Shown here one piece after another: positions 40,569 through 51,319 of a stretch of DNA of 64,000 nt. Each line of letters begins with the position of its first letter. Position 1 is the stretch's first letter. A model generated the notes under the pieces. It had not been told where the DNA came from. It saw only the letters and a list, made by a program, of their open reading frames with translations, and ran no database searches. Both the position numbers and the translations under genes were made by a program. The DNA is taken from the NCBI GenBank assembly GCA_963793265.1, contig CAWBZI010000004.1, positions 192,001 to 256,000 of the forward strand, given 5' to 3'. The stretch is from an uncultured cyanobacterium. Lineage in GTDB: Bacteria > Cyanobacteriota > Cyanobacteriia > Phormidesmidales > Phormidesmidaceae.

Positions 40569-41321
40569 TTATGTCAGCAGTTGGGCGCGATCTAGCAGCG
40601 CTAGCCAAAGCTGCCGCTCACCACCGGGCGCGCTGTAAAAGAGCAGGTCTATAAGCAGGCGGAGCGATAGCTGCGTGAGAATATCGGTTTTAGGAATGGG
40701 ATCGGCCATGCGATCGCCATACAGATTATTAAAATTATCCAGATAGTCGCCCAGCACTGCCGCGCGATGAGGCGGTTCATCTTGAGCGCTAAGCTGCTCT
40801 AGTTTTTCAACTGCCTGACGAATGGCGCTGTGGTGCTTAGCCGACAGATGACATATCACCAGCACCAGCGCTCGGGCTTCTTCTATATCCAGCTTTTTGC
40901 GGCCCTGCCCCTTCCTCAGCGGACTCGACTGCCGCAGCCGCCACAGCCCAACGCGATCAGAAAGCGTTTTGTGCAAGCGCAGATCTTTTGCCGCTGCCAG
41001 CACCGCATCGGAGCCGATATTAGTTAGCGCCTCTATTGCCATGAGTACGAGATCTAGCTGAGCCTTGATGCTGCTAAGCTGCGCAGTCGATAAATCGGCG
41101 GGTAGATCGGCGGCCAGATGATCAACAGGCAGAAAGGAATCCACAGCAGTTGGGGCAGTTTTTAACGAGATATCACAAGGAAGATATCCAAAAATGATAC
41201 GGCAATTGGGTGACTTGTGAGAGCGAGTTGTCAGCGCGTTGAGAGCAGCTTTACAAACACATTCGCGTGCCCCACTCGGGTTTCTCACGGCGATCGCTAA
41301 AGCCTGAGCAGGTAAACTCAC
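40569..41321 (-). CDS. DUF3038 family cyanobacterial protein (true start probably near 41140)
   Basis: QLDLVLMAIEAL, DRVGLWRLRQSSPLRK and KLLIDLLFYS-like LRLLIDLLFYS motifs. Confidence 0.85.
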   Translation of the reverse strand: MSLPAQALAIAVRNPSGARECVCKAALNALTTRSHKSPNCRIIFGYLPCDISLKTAPTAVDSFLPVDHLAADLPADLSTAQLSSIKAQLDLVLMAIEALTNIGSDAVLAAAKDLRLHKTLSDRVGLWRLRQSSPLRKGQGRKKLDIEEARALVLVICHLSAKHHSAIRQAVEKLEQLSAQDEPPHRAAVLGDYLDNFNNLYGDRMADPIPKTDILTQLSLRLLIDLLFYSAPGGERQLWLALLDRAQLLT

Positions 41322-42111
41322 CTACGGGCACGCTGCTCGCGGCGCTGGCAGCTTCAGGCAGATACCCAAAGGTTCTTTCAAATCCGGCTTCGGTGGCGCT
41401 ATACACAACTGCGCCAACGGTCGTGCAGTCTTGCATCAACAGCGTAGAAATGTAGGTTAGAAACTGAGGCGAAAACATCACCGATAGGGCTGCTGGGCCA
41501 CCTAGCCCCATGGTGATGCCGTTGGGTCGAGCGGGCGGTATTGTGCGAAAGCGATCGCTCAGTGGTTCACCATCGACTAAAACGCCAATATTTCGGCCCT
41601 GCTCAATGTTGTCAATGGCGCTGAGGACGGCTGCGTTACAGCGAGAGCTGATATTAGGCACCGCGGCAGCAGCCATCTCGCGAGCGATGACCCGGCTCCT
41701 GGCTGAAGACTGCCCGTCAGAAATCTCTACTTTAATCGTGTAGCGACCGTTTTTGCCTGATTCGTAGCTGTTGGCAACAGCGGTATAGGTACCTGTGCTA
41801 GGCAGTGTGACACTGAGCCGAGAATTTCGGTTACTGCGGCTAACGTCGTCGTTTTCGTTGATTCGCCTTCTACTGGGATCGAGCAATATCAGGTAGGGAT
41901 CAAAGTCCTGGCTCTCAAGCGTGATGATTACCTGCTGGCCGCTACTACCGGAGAACGTGTATTGATCGTAGAGACTACCGTCTTCAAATACACTATCTCT
42001 GGAAGTTAGAGAACCTTGCTGATTGATGATGGGGGCCGCGGTGGCTTCGCCTGTGCTGAGGGCTAGTGCGATCGCAGTACCTATAATTCCCAGCCGTTGC
42101 AACGCCTGCAT
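41251..42111 (-). CDS. Secreted PPC (pre-peptidase C-terminal) domain protein
   Basis: Signal peptide; YTFSGSSGQQVIITLESQDFDPYLIL..NDD..LPSTGTY. Confidence 0.85.
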   Translation of the reverse strand: MQALQRLGIIGTAIALALSTGEATAAPIINQQGSLTSRDSVFEDGSLYDQYTFSGSSGQQVIITLESQDFDPYLILLDPSRRRINENDDVSRSNRNSRLSVTLPSTGTYTAVANSYESGKNGRYTIKVEISDGQSSARSRVIAREMAAAAVPNISSRCNAAVLSAIDNIEQGRNIGVLVDGEPLSDRFRTIPPARPNGITMGLGGPAALSVMFSPQFLTYISTLLMQDCTTVGAVVYSATEAGFERTFGYLPEAASAASSVPVGEFTCSGFSDRREKPEWGTRMCL

Positions 42112-42515
42112 CTAAATTTCTCTGGTTAAGGGTCGTGGAGGTATGGGTACGGGTGACGGGGTAGAGCTACATATCAACAAAAGCTATATATCAACAAAAG
42201 TAGGTGCGGGAGCAGAACTGACATTCTATGAACAAACTTTCTGAAAACAAGGCTCTAAAAGTGACAGCTTATTGATTGGTTTTAGTGAATAGATACCATA
42301 GCAGAGGTCGCAGTAGGGAGTTCGGTGTTTACCGAAGTATTTTATCTTCTTACCTTTTCATCTATACATAGTGCCTTGTGCGTGGATCTTTCTACGTAAG
42401 CCTCGTCTTATCCTCACACTACAGCGCGTTCTTTGCGCAAAATTGACAAAGTAGGTCAATTATATCCGCCTTCGTGGGTAGTCTCAGGGCACTATTTGAA
42501 CGCCTTGCTTGACGT

Positions 42516-44357
42516 ATGCGTCTAACCTTTTGCTTCGCGCCTCTGTTCGCCTTTGTTTGGTTTGCACAGCCTGCACCGGCCTCTGCAATGGCTTCCCCTC
42601 TGGCTTCTCCTTTGGTATCAGCCTCGTCGCCTGTAGCAAAGCCAGATCTACTGCTAGGGGCGAGACTACTGCTGGCTTGCGGTGCCTTGTTTACTGGCGG
42701 TGCGCTGAGCTGGGGCGTGGGCCACTACGTTCGCCAGCAGCGATGGCAGCGAACTGAGTTTTTGCGGCGGGCGGTGAAGGAGTTTGAGCAGGATCCAGAG
42801 ATTCATAATGCGCTGAAGATTCTGGATTTTGAAGAATATCGTGACTATGTGATCCCAGCTCAGCTTAAGCAGGCGCTGAAGGCGACGAGTGTGGCCGATA
42901 AGCGGATGAGCTTTCGGGTGGATGATGAGCTATTGTGTCGGGCGCTGGCCGATCACGATCAGCGCGCTCGGGTGAAGCAAAGGCTGGAATATGACCAGGA
43001 TCATGATGGTATAGATGCCGAACTGCTGCGGCAGTATCAAATTGAAACGGCGCTGCGAGACTGGTTTAATAAGCTGCTAAACGGCCTAGAGCATTTTGGC
43101 TATTTTTTAGAGTCGGGGCTGTTTAATGAAGCAGAGCTGCGGCCCTGGCTGAGCTATTGGATTAAGCTGATTGCCGATCCGGCCTATCGCAGGCCGGGGG
43201 CGTCTAAGTTTTATGACGCGCTCTATAGCTATATTCATCACAGCGGCTTTTTCGGCGTGCAAAAGCTGTTTGAGCGATTTGGCTATCGCATTTTGCCCTC
43301 GCCCTATCGCGATACTGATTTGCTGGCGATCGCCCAGAACACTGCTAGTAAATCTGCTAGCGGCAGCTCAACCTACAGCCCACAGATGGCGCTAACGCTG
43401 GCCAAAGCAGCCTACCTGGCCTATCAAGACAAACAGTTTGTTGCAGAAATTGTCGGACGCTGGGGCACGGCGCTTACCGGGCGCTCTGAGCAGGATATTA
43501 TTCGCCGCGACTTTCGCTACTTCAACAATCGGGGTCGCGACACGCAGGCTTACATGTTTCGGACAGATGCGTTTATGGTGCTGGCTTTTCGCGGTAGTCA
43601 AGAGCCGAAAGACTGGATGACGAATCTAACCATGCAGCTCCGAAACTTTACGATTCAAAAAGACGGGGTGACGACGCTTTCTTCCTATCAAGGGCGGGTG
43701 CATACGGGCTTTTTCTTAGCCTGGGCAATTATTGAAAAGTCGGTGCTGGCGCAGATTCAGCGGTGGCGAGAGGATCTGGCGAATGATGGTCAGCCGATGG
43801 TGCCTTTGTATGTGACAGGGCACAGTTTGGGCGGGGCTTTGGCAACGATGGCTACAGCGGCACTGGTTGAAGGGGGAATTGATGTGGCAGGCGTGTATAC
43901 GTTTGGTCAGCCTCGGGTGGGCGATCGCACCTTCGTCAAGCAGCTTAGAGCTAGCACGCAAGGCAAAATCTTTCGCTTTGTCAACCACAACGACATTGTG
44001 CCTCACGTCCCCCCGCCGTTTTCGGTGTGGAACCCGACCCGGTTTTATAGCCATGTGGGCGCAGCAAGCTACTTCAACGGCAAAGGTGTGCTGACGGCAA
44101 AAGCGAACTACACGCTCGGCGCTCGGCTGACTGATATGGCGCTGGGGTTAGCTCAAGGCATCACAAAACCTGGATTTGATCATATTACCGATCACCGCAT
44201 GGAGTATTACATTAGCCACTTAGAGCGAGCGCTGGATGAGGCGATAGAAGACGAAGCCGCCCACATGCTCGCAGCGCGTGAGGCGAAGCAGGTTGCTAAG
44301 GTGCTGGGTGAAGCAGGGACTAAAAAAAGCGGCGAAAGTCTTCATCTTTTTGGCTGA
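42516..44357 (+). CDS. Class 3 lipase with an N-terminal TM anchor and an uncharacterised helical domain
   Basis: AFRGSQ, VHTGF, TGHSLGG nucleophile elbow, YTFGQPRVG, NDIVPHVPP and DHRMEYY motifs. Confidence 0.9.
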   Translation: MRLTFCFAPLFAFVWFAQPAPASAMASPLASPLVSASSPVAKPDLLLGARLLLACGALFTGGALSWGVGHYVRQQRWQRTEFLRRAVKEFEQDPEIHNALKILDFEEYRDYVIPAQLKQALKATSVADKRMSFRVDDELLCRALADHDQRARVKQRLEYDQDHDGIDAELLRQYQIETALRDWFNKLLNGLEHFGYFLESGLFNEAELRPWLSYWIKLIADPAYRRPGASKFYDALYSYIHHSGFFGVQKLFERFGYRILPSPYRDTDLLAIAQNTASKSASGSSTYSPQMALTLAKAAYLAYQDKQFVAEIVGRWGTALTGRSEQDIIRRDFRYFNNRGRDTQAYMFRTDAFMVLAFRGSQEPKDWMTNLTMQLRNFTIQKDGVTTLSSYQGRVHTGFFLAWAIIEKSVLAQIQRWREDLANDGQPMVPLYVTGHSLGGALATMATAALVEGGIDVAGVYTFGQPRVGDRTFVKQLRASTQGKIFRFVNHNDIVPHVPPPFSVWNPTRFYSHVGAASYFNGKGVLTAKANYTLGARLTDMALGLAQGITKPGFDHITDHRMEYYISHLERALDEAIEDEAAHMLAAREAKQVAKVLGEAGTKKSGESLHLFG

Positions 44358-45138
44358 GCTGCGCCCATGTCACGCCGGTTTTTTGAAACCAACTGACGAG
44401 GCGATCACACGCGGGTCTTTCGGTGGCATAGTGTCCGGCATCTATAAGGATGATGCCGCGATCTTGGCTTTCTTGAAACTGATGAAATTTGCAGTCGGCA
44501 GTCAGGTATGCCTGCGCGCCCGTTTGGGCTACGGCGGATAGATAGCTCGCGCCTGAACCGCCTAAGACAGCGACACGCTGGATAGTTTGCTGAAAATCTG
44601 CGGTGGGCGAGTGTAGCAGGCGCTCGGGGGTGAGAGCTGCTTGAATGTTTTCTAAGAGCTGCTGAAGTGACTGAGGGGTCGGTAAGCTGCCAACGCGCCC
44701 GTAGCCTCTAGCAGGTGCGCTTTGGGTTTTGGGTGCCTTGATTTCTACGGGCTCGGTATCTTCTAAATTCAGCAGTTGGGCGAGCACGTCGGCGGTGCCG
44801 TTTTGAACCTGATCAAAGTTGGTATGGGCGCTGTAGATACCGATATTGTGGGCGATCGCCGCTCTGACCATATCGCCTACGCTATCACCCGCTTGAACTG
44901 AAGAGAGCTTGCCAAAAATGAGCGGATGATGGGCAAAAATCAGGTTAATCGGTGCGCCTTTCTTTTTGAGGTCAATAGCTTCTTGCATGACCGCGAGGGT
45001 CGGTGTTAGGCATACCAGTACGCCTGCGGGCTCATTGAGTATGCCGGGTTCTACCTGCCAGCCGCAGTTGTCCCAGTTTTCTTGCCAGGTGGGGTTGGCC
45101 CAGCGCTCGAAGTGGGCGATCGCATCCAAAACTTTCAT
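44320..45138 (-). CDS. Nif3/YbgI-like dinuclear metal centre protein
   Basis: WDNCGWQV, AHHPLIF, AHTNFD and DAGHYATE motifs. Confidence 0.95.
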   Translation of the reverse strand: MKVLDAIAHFERWANPTWQENWDNCGWQVEPGILNEPAGVLVCLTPTLAVMQEAIDLKKKGAPINLIFAHHPLIFGKLSSVQAGDSVGDMVRAAIAHNIGIYSAHTNFDQVQNGTADVLAQLLNLEDTEPVEIKAPKTQSAPARGYGRVGSLPTPQSLQQLLENIQAALTPERLLHSPTADFQQTIQRVAVLGGSGASYLSAVAQTGAQAYLTADCKFHQFQESQDRGIILIDAGHYATERPACDRLVSWFQKTGVTWAQLSQKDEDFRRFF

Positions 45139-45175
45139 CAGGGCAATAGCTAACGTTTGTTCTACACCTTAAATT

Positions 45176-47744
45176 CTACGACGCCAAATTCTCAGGCAAA
45201 TTCTCAGACAGCAAATTCATCCCTTCAATCAGCGGCACAGGCTTAGCGATGCCATAGCCTTGAGCATAGCTGATACCGAGTGCTTTTATCGTTTGCAGCG
45301 TTGCCTCATCTTCTACAAATTCAGCCACTGTTTGAATATCCATTACCTGCGCAATCTGATGAATTGCGGTCACCATAGCAATATCGATTTTGTTGCCAAC
45401 GATATTGCGAATAAAGCGACCGTCAATCTTAAGGTAATCAACGGGCAGCGTTTTTAAATAGGCAAAAGAAGACATGCCGCTGCCAAAGTCATCCAGCGCA
45501 AACTTGCAGCCTAAGTCTCTTAGCTCCGCAATGAACAAAGCAGCCTTTGTCAGGTTCTCTATCGTGGCCGTTTCGGTAATTTCAAAACAGATTAGATCTG
45601 GGCGGAATGCGATATTTTGAAAACTGTTCTTTTAAAAAGTAAATAAAACTGTCATCGCTGATACTGGCTCCAGAAAGATTAATAGAGTACAGATGAGAGC
45701 CTGTGATGGTCTGTTCTGCTGTCTGCTTTGTCGCTGGCGACTGTGAAGCGGCCCACACCTGCTGATAGTAGCTAGCCTGCACCTTAAACAGTGTGCTGAC
45801 AACCCATCGATCAATTAAGGGCATCAGGTCGTAGCGCTCGGCGGCAGGCATAAAGGCATCGGGTGAAACCAGCTGTCCGGTTTGATCACACAGTCTGAGG
45901 AGCACTTCGTAATGCTCGCTAGAGGGACAGTTTGGGTCTAGCGATAGGATTTGCTGCTGATAGAGACTAAATTTTCCAGTCTCTAACGCTTCGGTGATGT
46001 AGGCTGCCCACTGAATTTCGCTGCGTTGCTGGGCTAGTTCGAGGTCGTTGTGCTGATGAATGTAGGTACGATTGCGGCCTTTGCGCTTGGCAATATGGCA
46101 GGCTCCATCAGCATCGCTAAGGGCATCTTCGACGCTTTGCGTTTTGGCTGTAATCGCCGTGACGCCAATGCTTGCGCCTACTGAGAATGTTCTACTCTGA
46201 CAGGTAAATCTTAAGTCTTTCAGCTTTTCTCTAAGCTTACTGACAATGCGCTGCGCGTGATCGAGCTGACAGTACTCTAATAGCAGCCCAAATTCATCGC
46301 CGCCGAGCCTGGCTAGAGTATCGGTGGCTCGAATGTGACCCGTAAAGAGTGCGCTTACCTGCTTTAGCAGCTTGTCACCTGAAGCGTGCCCGCAGGTGTC
46401 GTTGATGATCTTAAAGTTGTCTAAATCGATGTAGCAGAGGGCGTGCATTCTCTGATGCGAACTGGCATTATCTACGGCCTGGCTCAGCCGCCTTTCAAAC
46501 TCTCTGCGGTTAATCAGGCCAGTCAGTTCGTCATGGCTGGCCTGCCAGGAGATTTGCCGGGTGAGTAGCCGGGTTTTGGACACGTCGTTAAACACCATAA
46601 CAACACCGATGATCTGACCGTCTCCTGTCTTGAGCGGAGCGGCAGAGTTCTCAATCGGTAGCTCTACGCCATTGCGCGTAATTAAGATGTTGTAGTTAAC
46701 TAAGTCAATTGCCTGTTGTTTTATAAGAACCTGCGTAATTGGATTTGCGGTAGGCTTGCGCGTAATTTCGTGGATGGTCTTAAACACGGCTGATACGGGG
46801 TGGCTAGCCGCTTCCGATTGAGTCCATCCGGTCAGCGTTTCTGCAACTGGATTGAGATGGCGAATGCGCCCGAGTTCATCGGTGGTGATTACCGCATCTC
46901 CGATGGAGTTTAGAGTGACTTGCGCCAGCTCTCTTTCAATGGCAAGTTTTTCTTTGAATTTGCCTTGTTTGAAGAGCATGTCCAGTGGAATTGCAATGGC
47001 ATTGATGTACTCAATCAGCGTTGGGTCTTGTGCGATCACCTCGCCACTGAAAAATACCAACACTGCTAGCGTACGACTATTAGCGACCAGCGGCAGGCTA
47101 ACGGATGCGCGAAGGTTAGGACAGGTAGCAGAATCAAGAACATGGTGATGCCATTCTGCTCGTTGAGATTTCCAGACACGCTTGACAATACTCGTTTTTT
47201 TACCGTTGCTTCCTCTGCTTGTCGCTATAGGACTGATGCCTAAAGAACAAGTGCAGCTTTCATCAGAATGTCTGAATCGAATAGGATAGGGGGCGCTGAT
47301 CTGGGGGGCAGTTTCAATCTTGGACGGATTGGAGTCTTGGCGCGGCGAGTCCTCTATGCGTCTAGTGGGTGCTTTGTTAGTGTCTAATACAGATTTTTCA
47401 GATACTTTGAATGCTAGTGGAGGTGTTGCTTCAGCGGCTAGGTTAGGGGGGGTGGCTAATTTATTTGCATGACCCGGCAGGCTATGTGTTTCAGGATTGA
47501 ACTGCCAAGCTTCTCCGCAGTGCCAGTTGTAATGACGACAGATAATCTGAGCGATCGCTTCTAGCGCGCCCTCAATATCCTGCGCTTGGCCTACGCCAAA
47601 AAGTAGTGATTTGAGCAGAGTGTCGGGTGTCTCTTCTGGTGCCTTGCTCAGCCGATATCTTGTCTCATAATTGCTCGCGTTTACAGGGTTGTTATTCGAT
47701 GCCATGGATTTAAAGAGACTCCATTCCTTGCTAGCCGTGCTCAA
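45176..47744 (-). pseudogene. GAF-PAS-GGDEF-EAL c-di-GMP enzyme split by a +1 frameshift near 45600
   Basis: ORF 45582-47744 has PAS, GGDEF and the EVLLR half of EAL. The rest (LICFEITETA..LDDFGSG..KIDG..AEFVE..QGY) continues in another frame to 45176. Confidence 0.85.
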
Positions 47745-47952
47745 GCTGCGTTCTTCAACGTCGCCTGAACATGAAAATGAAAAAACGAAACGCTTACAGT
47801 AGCTATAAAGACTTTTATAGAAGTTTTCCTGATTGGGAAATTTTCATAGAATTTGACACATAATGGTCACTCATATCAAGTACTGAAGTTCTTTGGTATC
47901 AATATTTCCGTAGTCTTACTGATATATCTTGGGGCTAAAAATTGAAAGTCAC

Positions 47953-47993
47953 AAAAAAGAGATATTTGGCAGTTGATCTGCTAAATATCTCTT
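47953..47993 (-). terminator. Intrinsic terminator downstream of the PPC protein gene
   Basis: AAGAGATATTTGGCAG / CTGCTAAATATCTCTT stem preceded by an A-tract. Confidence 0.75.
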
Positions 47994-48051
47994 AAGTAAT
48001 TATTAAGTTTGAGGCATTCAACAGCTATGTGCTAATACTCCCAGCGCACAG

Positions 48052-48993
48052 CTATCTGATCAGTGCGCTGGTTGGCGTAACTCCAGAAAGCGTCAGTGTG
48101 TAGTCAAATCGACCACCGCCGTTGTCCTGCCAGCCGGTTAGGCGACCCTCTCGGTTGAGAATGGGATCGTTGTTGTAAGTGGTGACTACCGCGAAGTAAA
48201 GGTCTGTTTGAGGAATGAGTGTGTCTTCAATACGAGACTGAGGGCCGTTGCTATCGTCGGCTGAGGCGACTAGGTTGCCATGACGATCGAATATGAAAAG
48301 CTGGGAGTCGTCGCTGGTGTACAGGCTACCGGTCATAACGCGGGTGACTTCAAGATTGGCTTCTAGGCGATCGCCTCTTCCGGCAACAAATCCGTACACC
48401 CGATGACCAGGGCCAACGTGCCCTGATACAACGTTAAGCCCTTGACTAAGATCTACCGGGGCAGCAGGCGTTAGCCCTAGCGGCTCGCCCATGGCTACTG
48501 GCAGGGCAAAGGGAACCGATTCGGTGGTGACTTCGGCGGTGGCGTATTGGTTGTTAGTCGCCTCAGCGACGGCCCCTTCCCAGCCGATGGGCTGGCCGGT
48601 TTGGACGGTGGGCGGCAGGGTGGATGTGAGGAAGTAGGGGTCGGTGCGATCGCACGCTTCGGCGGCAGCGACGATAATGTTTTCGCTGCGGTAGCGCTCT
48701 AGCTGTCGGCGCAGACTCAACAGCGAGCTGCGCTGCGTGGCGGTGGTTCCGTCTTGGGCCACGAGTGTCCCGGTAATACCGATGGCCTTTGCCCAATCGT
48801 TGGCGCAAATCGCCTGATCAAGGTCAAATCTTGTTGTTCTTTGGGCATGAGCTGGCAGCACGTTTGCTGCTAGCATAGCTGAGAGCCCGCCGAGGGCAGC
48901 TAGCATCGTAGCTAGTCTGTGACGCGCTCTAGAATGATGTTTTTGAATGTGTTTTTGATGGCATCTGCGATCGTGAGATCTCGCTGGGCTCAT
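48052..48993 (-). CDS. Secreted protein with C-terminal PPC-like domain
   Basis: Signal peptide ending AHA-Q; DDSQLFIFD..ASADD..DLYFAVVTTYNNDP. Confidence 0.8.
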   Translation of the reverse strand: MSPARSHDRRCHQKHIQKHHSRARHRLATMLAALGGLSAMLAANVLPAHAQRTTRFDLDQAICANDWAKAIGITGTLVAQDGTTATQRSSLLSLRRQLERYRSENIIVAAAEACDRTDPYFLTSTLPPTVQTGQPIGWEGAVAEATNNQYATAEVTTESVPFALPVAMGEPLGLTPAAPVDLSQGLNVVSGHVGPGHRVYGFVAGRGDRLEANLEVTRVMTGSLYTSDDSQLFIFDRHGNLVASADDSNGPQSRIEDTLIPQTDLYFAVVTTYNNDPILNREGRLTGWQDNGGGRFDYTLTLSGVTPTSALIR

Positions 48994-49208
48994 TGTTTTC
49001 TCCTCTAAGGTCAGTTTTAGTGGTCAGTTCAATAGATGTTTGTATAAAAAAGATTTATACAATTTTGGCTGGTTTGTCTCAACTCAGCGCTAGCAGAGGG
49101 CAGTAGCCGGGCATCTTAGGTCTGCTGATGGTATAAGACAACAACCGAAAATAACGGTTTCAGTATGCCCCGGTCACTCTATGCAAGCAACCGCAGGCCA
49201 TCTTAAGA

Positions 49209-50870
49209 ATGGAAGAAAAATTAAAACTGCTTGTCGTCGATGACGAGCCCGATAATCTAGATTTGCTGTATCGTACTTTTCGCCGAGACTTCAACGTTTT
49301 TAAGGCAAAAAGCGGTGCAGAAGCTCTCGATTTGCTCTTTGAACAAGGCGAGATGGCCATCATCATTTCTGATCAGCGAATGCCCCAGATGAACGGTACG
49401 GAGTTTTTGAGCCGTACCGTTGAGCGTTTCCCTGACACGATTCGGATGGTGCTTACGGGCTATACCGATGTGGAAGATTTGGTGTCGGCGATTAACTCAG
49501 GGAAAGTGTTTAAGTACATTACGAAACCCTGGAACCCGGCCAAGCTAAAAGAAGTGATTGCTCAGGCCGCAGAAACGTACCGGGTGATCAAACAGCGCAC
49601 AAAAGTTCTGAGTAGGGCGCTGGCTCAAGAGTCTTTGAGCAACAGCATTATGACGGCAGTTAGAGGCTCTCTTGACTATGGCAGCACGCTGCAAACGGTT
49701 GTGAGTGCTCTGGGCAAGGCTTTTGATACTGATGCGGCTATTTTGTATCCGGTAGAAACGCTCTCGGGTAAGGGTTCTTTGCAACCACCGTTGACCTATT
49801 GGGCTGAGTCAAAGCCGCCTTTATGTAACGACGTAGAGGACTTGCCGCCGACGCATTCTAGCTTAGAGATTCTCTCTGAACCGGTAATAGTTAACAATAA
49901 ACCCGTCACTAGAATTGTTGTTCCTTTTTTAGAGAAAGGTTCGCCAATCGCCACTATCTGCTTGTATAAATCGACTGAACAAAAACAGTGGGCCGACAGT
50001 GCAACAGAGCTGCTCAAAAATGTCTCTGAGCAGGTGGCTTTAGCGATTTCTCACGCTAAGCTTTATCAGCGGATGCATCAACAGTCTGTGCAGATGCGAG
50101 CGGAGCTAGATGTAGCCAGGCAGATTCAGGGTAATTTGCTGCACCAGAGCTGGCCTGAGATTCCAAGGATAAAAATTCAGGCGCGCTGTGAGCCTGCTCG
50201 GGAGGTCGGCGGTGATTTTTTTGAGGTGTTTATGCATCCTCATGGCGATATTTGGCTGGCGGTCGGTGATGTGTCGGGTAAAGGCGTTCCGGCAGCGCTG
50301 TTTATGGCTAGCTCTATTTCTGTGCTACGGCGAGAACTGGCTCAGGAGAAGTCGCCCGCCCCAGAGATGGTGATGCGCAATTTGAATAGCATTTTGTGCA
50401 ATGACCTGATGAGCAACAACTGTTTTATTACGATGGCGCTCATTCGCTATAGCCCTAATACTGGAAAGCTGGTGTATGCGAATGCGGGTCATGTGTATCC
50501 GATTGTGTGGTCGCATCGGTCGGTGGTAGCCTCTCGGGGGCAGCGTGATTTGCCTGCGGTGGTGCCAACTTACTTGGATGTGAGGGGTGTGCCGGTTGGA
50601 ATTTTGCCGGTTTGGCAGGCGGCGGCGGGTGAAACGAAGCTGGCTGCTGGCGATGTGGTGCTTTTGACTAGCGATGGCATTACGGAGGCGACGGTGCCGA
50701 GCCATCGGGGCGGTAATGGTAGCTGCTCCATGCTAAATCAAGAGGGCCTTTGGGCCTTTTTACAGAAGCAGCCTGCGGATCTGAACCTGGATGATTTGCT
50801 GGCCTACATTGATGTGGGCGAGGGCGAGCAGGAAGATGACCAAACCATTTTGTTACTGGAGGTGAGCTGA
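49209..50870 (+). CDS. Receiver-GAF-PP2C (SpoIIE/RsbU-type) phosphatase
   Basis: N-terminal receiver (VVDDE, SDQRMP, TKPW); EVGGDFF, GDVSGKG, SDGITE and DDQT motifs. Confidence 0.94.
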   Translation: MEEKLKLLVVDDEPDNLDLLYRTFRRDFNVFKAKSGAEALDLLFEQGEMAIIISDQRMPQMNGTEFLSRTVERFPDTIRMVLTGYTDVEDLVSAINSGKVFKYITKPWNPAKLKEVIAQAAETYRVIKQRTKVLSRALAQESLSNSIMTAVRGSLDYGSTLQTVVSALGKAFDTDAAILYPVETLSGKGSLQPPLTYWAESKPPLCNDVEDLPPTHSSLEILSEPVIVNNKPVTRIVVPFLEKGSPIATICLYKSTEQKQWADSATELLKNVSEQVALAISHAKLYQRMHQQSVQMRAELDVARQIQGNLLHQSWPEIPRIKIQARCEPAREVGGDFFEVFMHPHGDIWLAVGDVSGKGVPAALFMASSISVLRRELAQEKSPAPEMVMRNLNSILCNDLMSNNCFITMALIRYSPNTGKLVYANAGHVYPIVWSHRSVVASRGQRDLPAVVPTYLDVRGVPVGILPVWQAAAGETKLAAGDVVLLTSDGITEATVPSHRGGNGSCSMLNQEGLWAFLQKQPADLNLDDLLAYIDVGEGEQEDDQTILLLEVS

Positions 50871-51298
50871 TGCTAAAAACTGAGTTAATTGTGCCAAGCG
50901 ATCTGAAATTTTTAGCGGTGGTGGAGCACTGGTTGTTGGAGTCTTTGCAGTTAGAAATAGATCAGGATATCAATTGGAGTGACGTGGAGAAGCGGCTGCG
51001 GCTGGTGGTGGTTGAGGTGTATTCTAATATTGTGCGCCATGCTCACAATGAAAAGCCTGAGCTGCCCGTGCTGATTCGGATTGAGCTAGATGACAACAAT
51101 CTCTCTTTGGAGGTGTGGGATCAAGGCGTGGGATTTAAGCTGGATGACTATGCTGCGCCTGCGCCGGGTGACTTCCAAGAAGGCGGCTATGGCTGGCTGA
51201 TTTTGCACCGGATTATGGATCGGGTGGAGTATCAGCTTCGGGTGGGGGGCGATCGCAACTGCTTAAAGCTAGAGAAAAATCTGGCGATCGCGGCTTAG
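50870..51298 (+). CDS. RsbW-like anti-sigma factor / Ser kinase (HATPase_c_2)
   Basis: EVYSNIVRHA, WDQGVGF and EGGYGW..MDRVEY motifs; TGATG coupling to the phosphatase gene. Confidence 0.9.
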   Translation: MLKTELIVPSDLKFLAVVEHWLLESLQLEIDQDINWSDVEKRLRLVVVEVYSNIVRHAHNEKPELPVLIRIELDDNNLSLEVWDQGVGFKLDDYAAPAPGDFQEGGYGWLILHRIMDRVEYQLRVGGDRNCLKLEKNLAIAA

Positions 51299-51319
51299 TT
51301 TGGCTATTTAGATAGTTGC

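Noticed and set aside
50870..51298. Calling the anti-sigma-like gene pmgA
   Set aside because: It shares the fold but lacks the PmgA-type sequence features I recall, so it is left unnamed.
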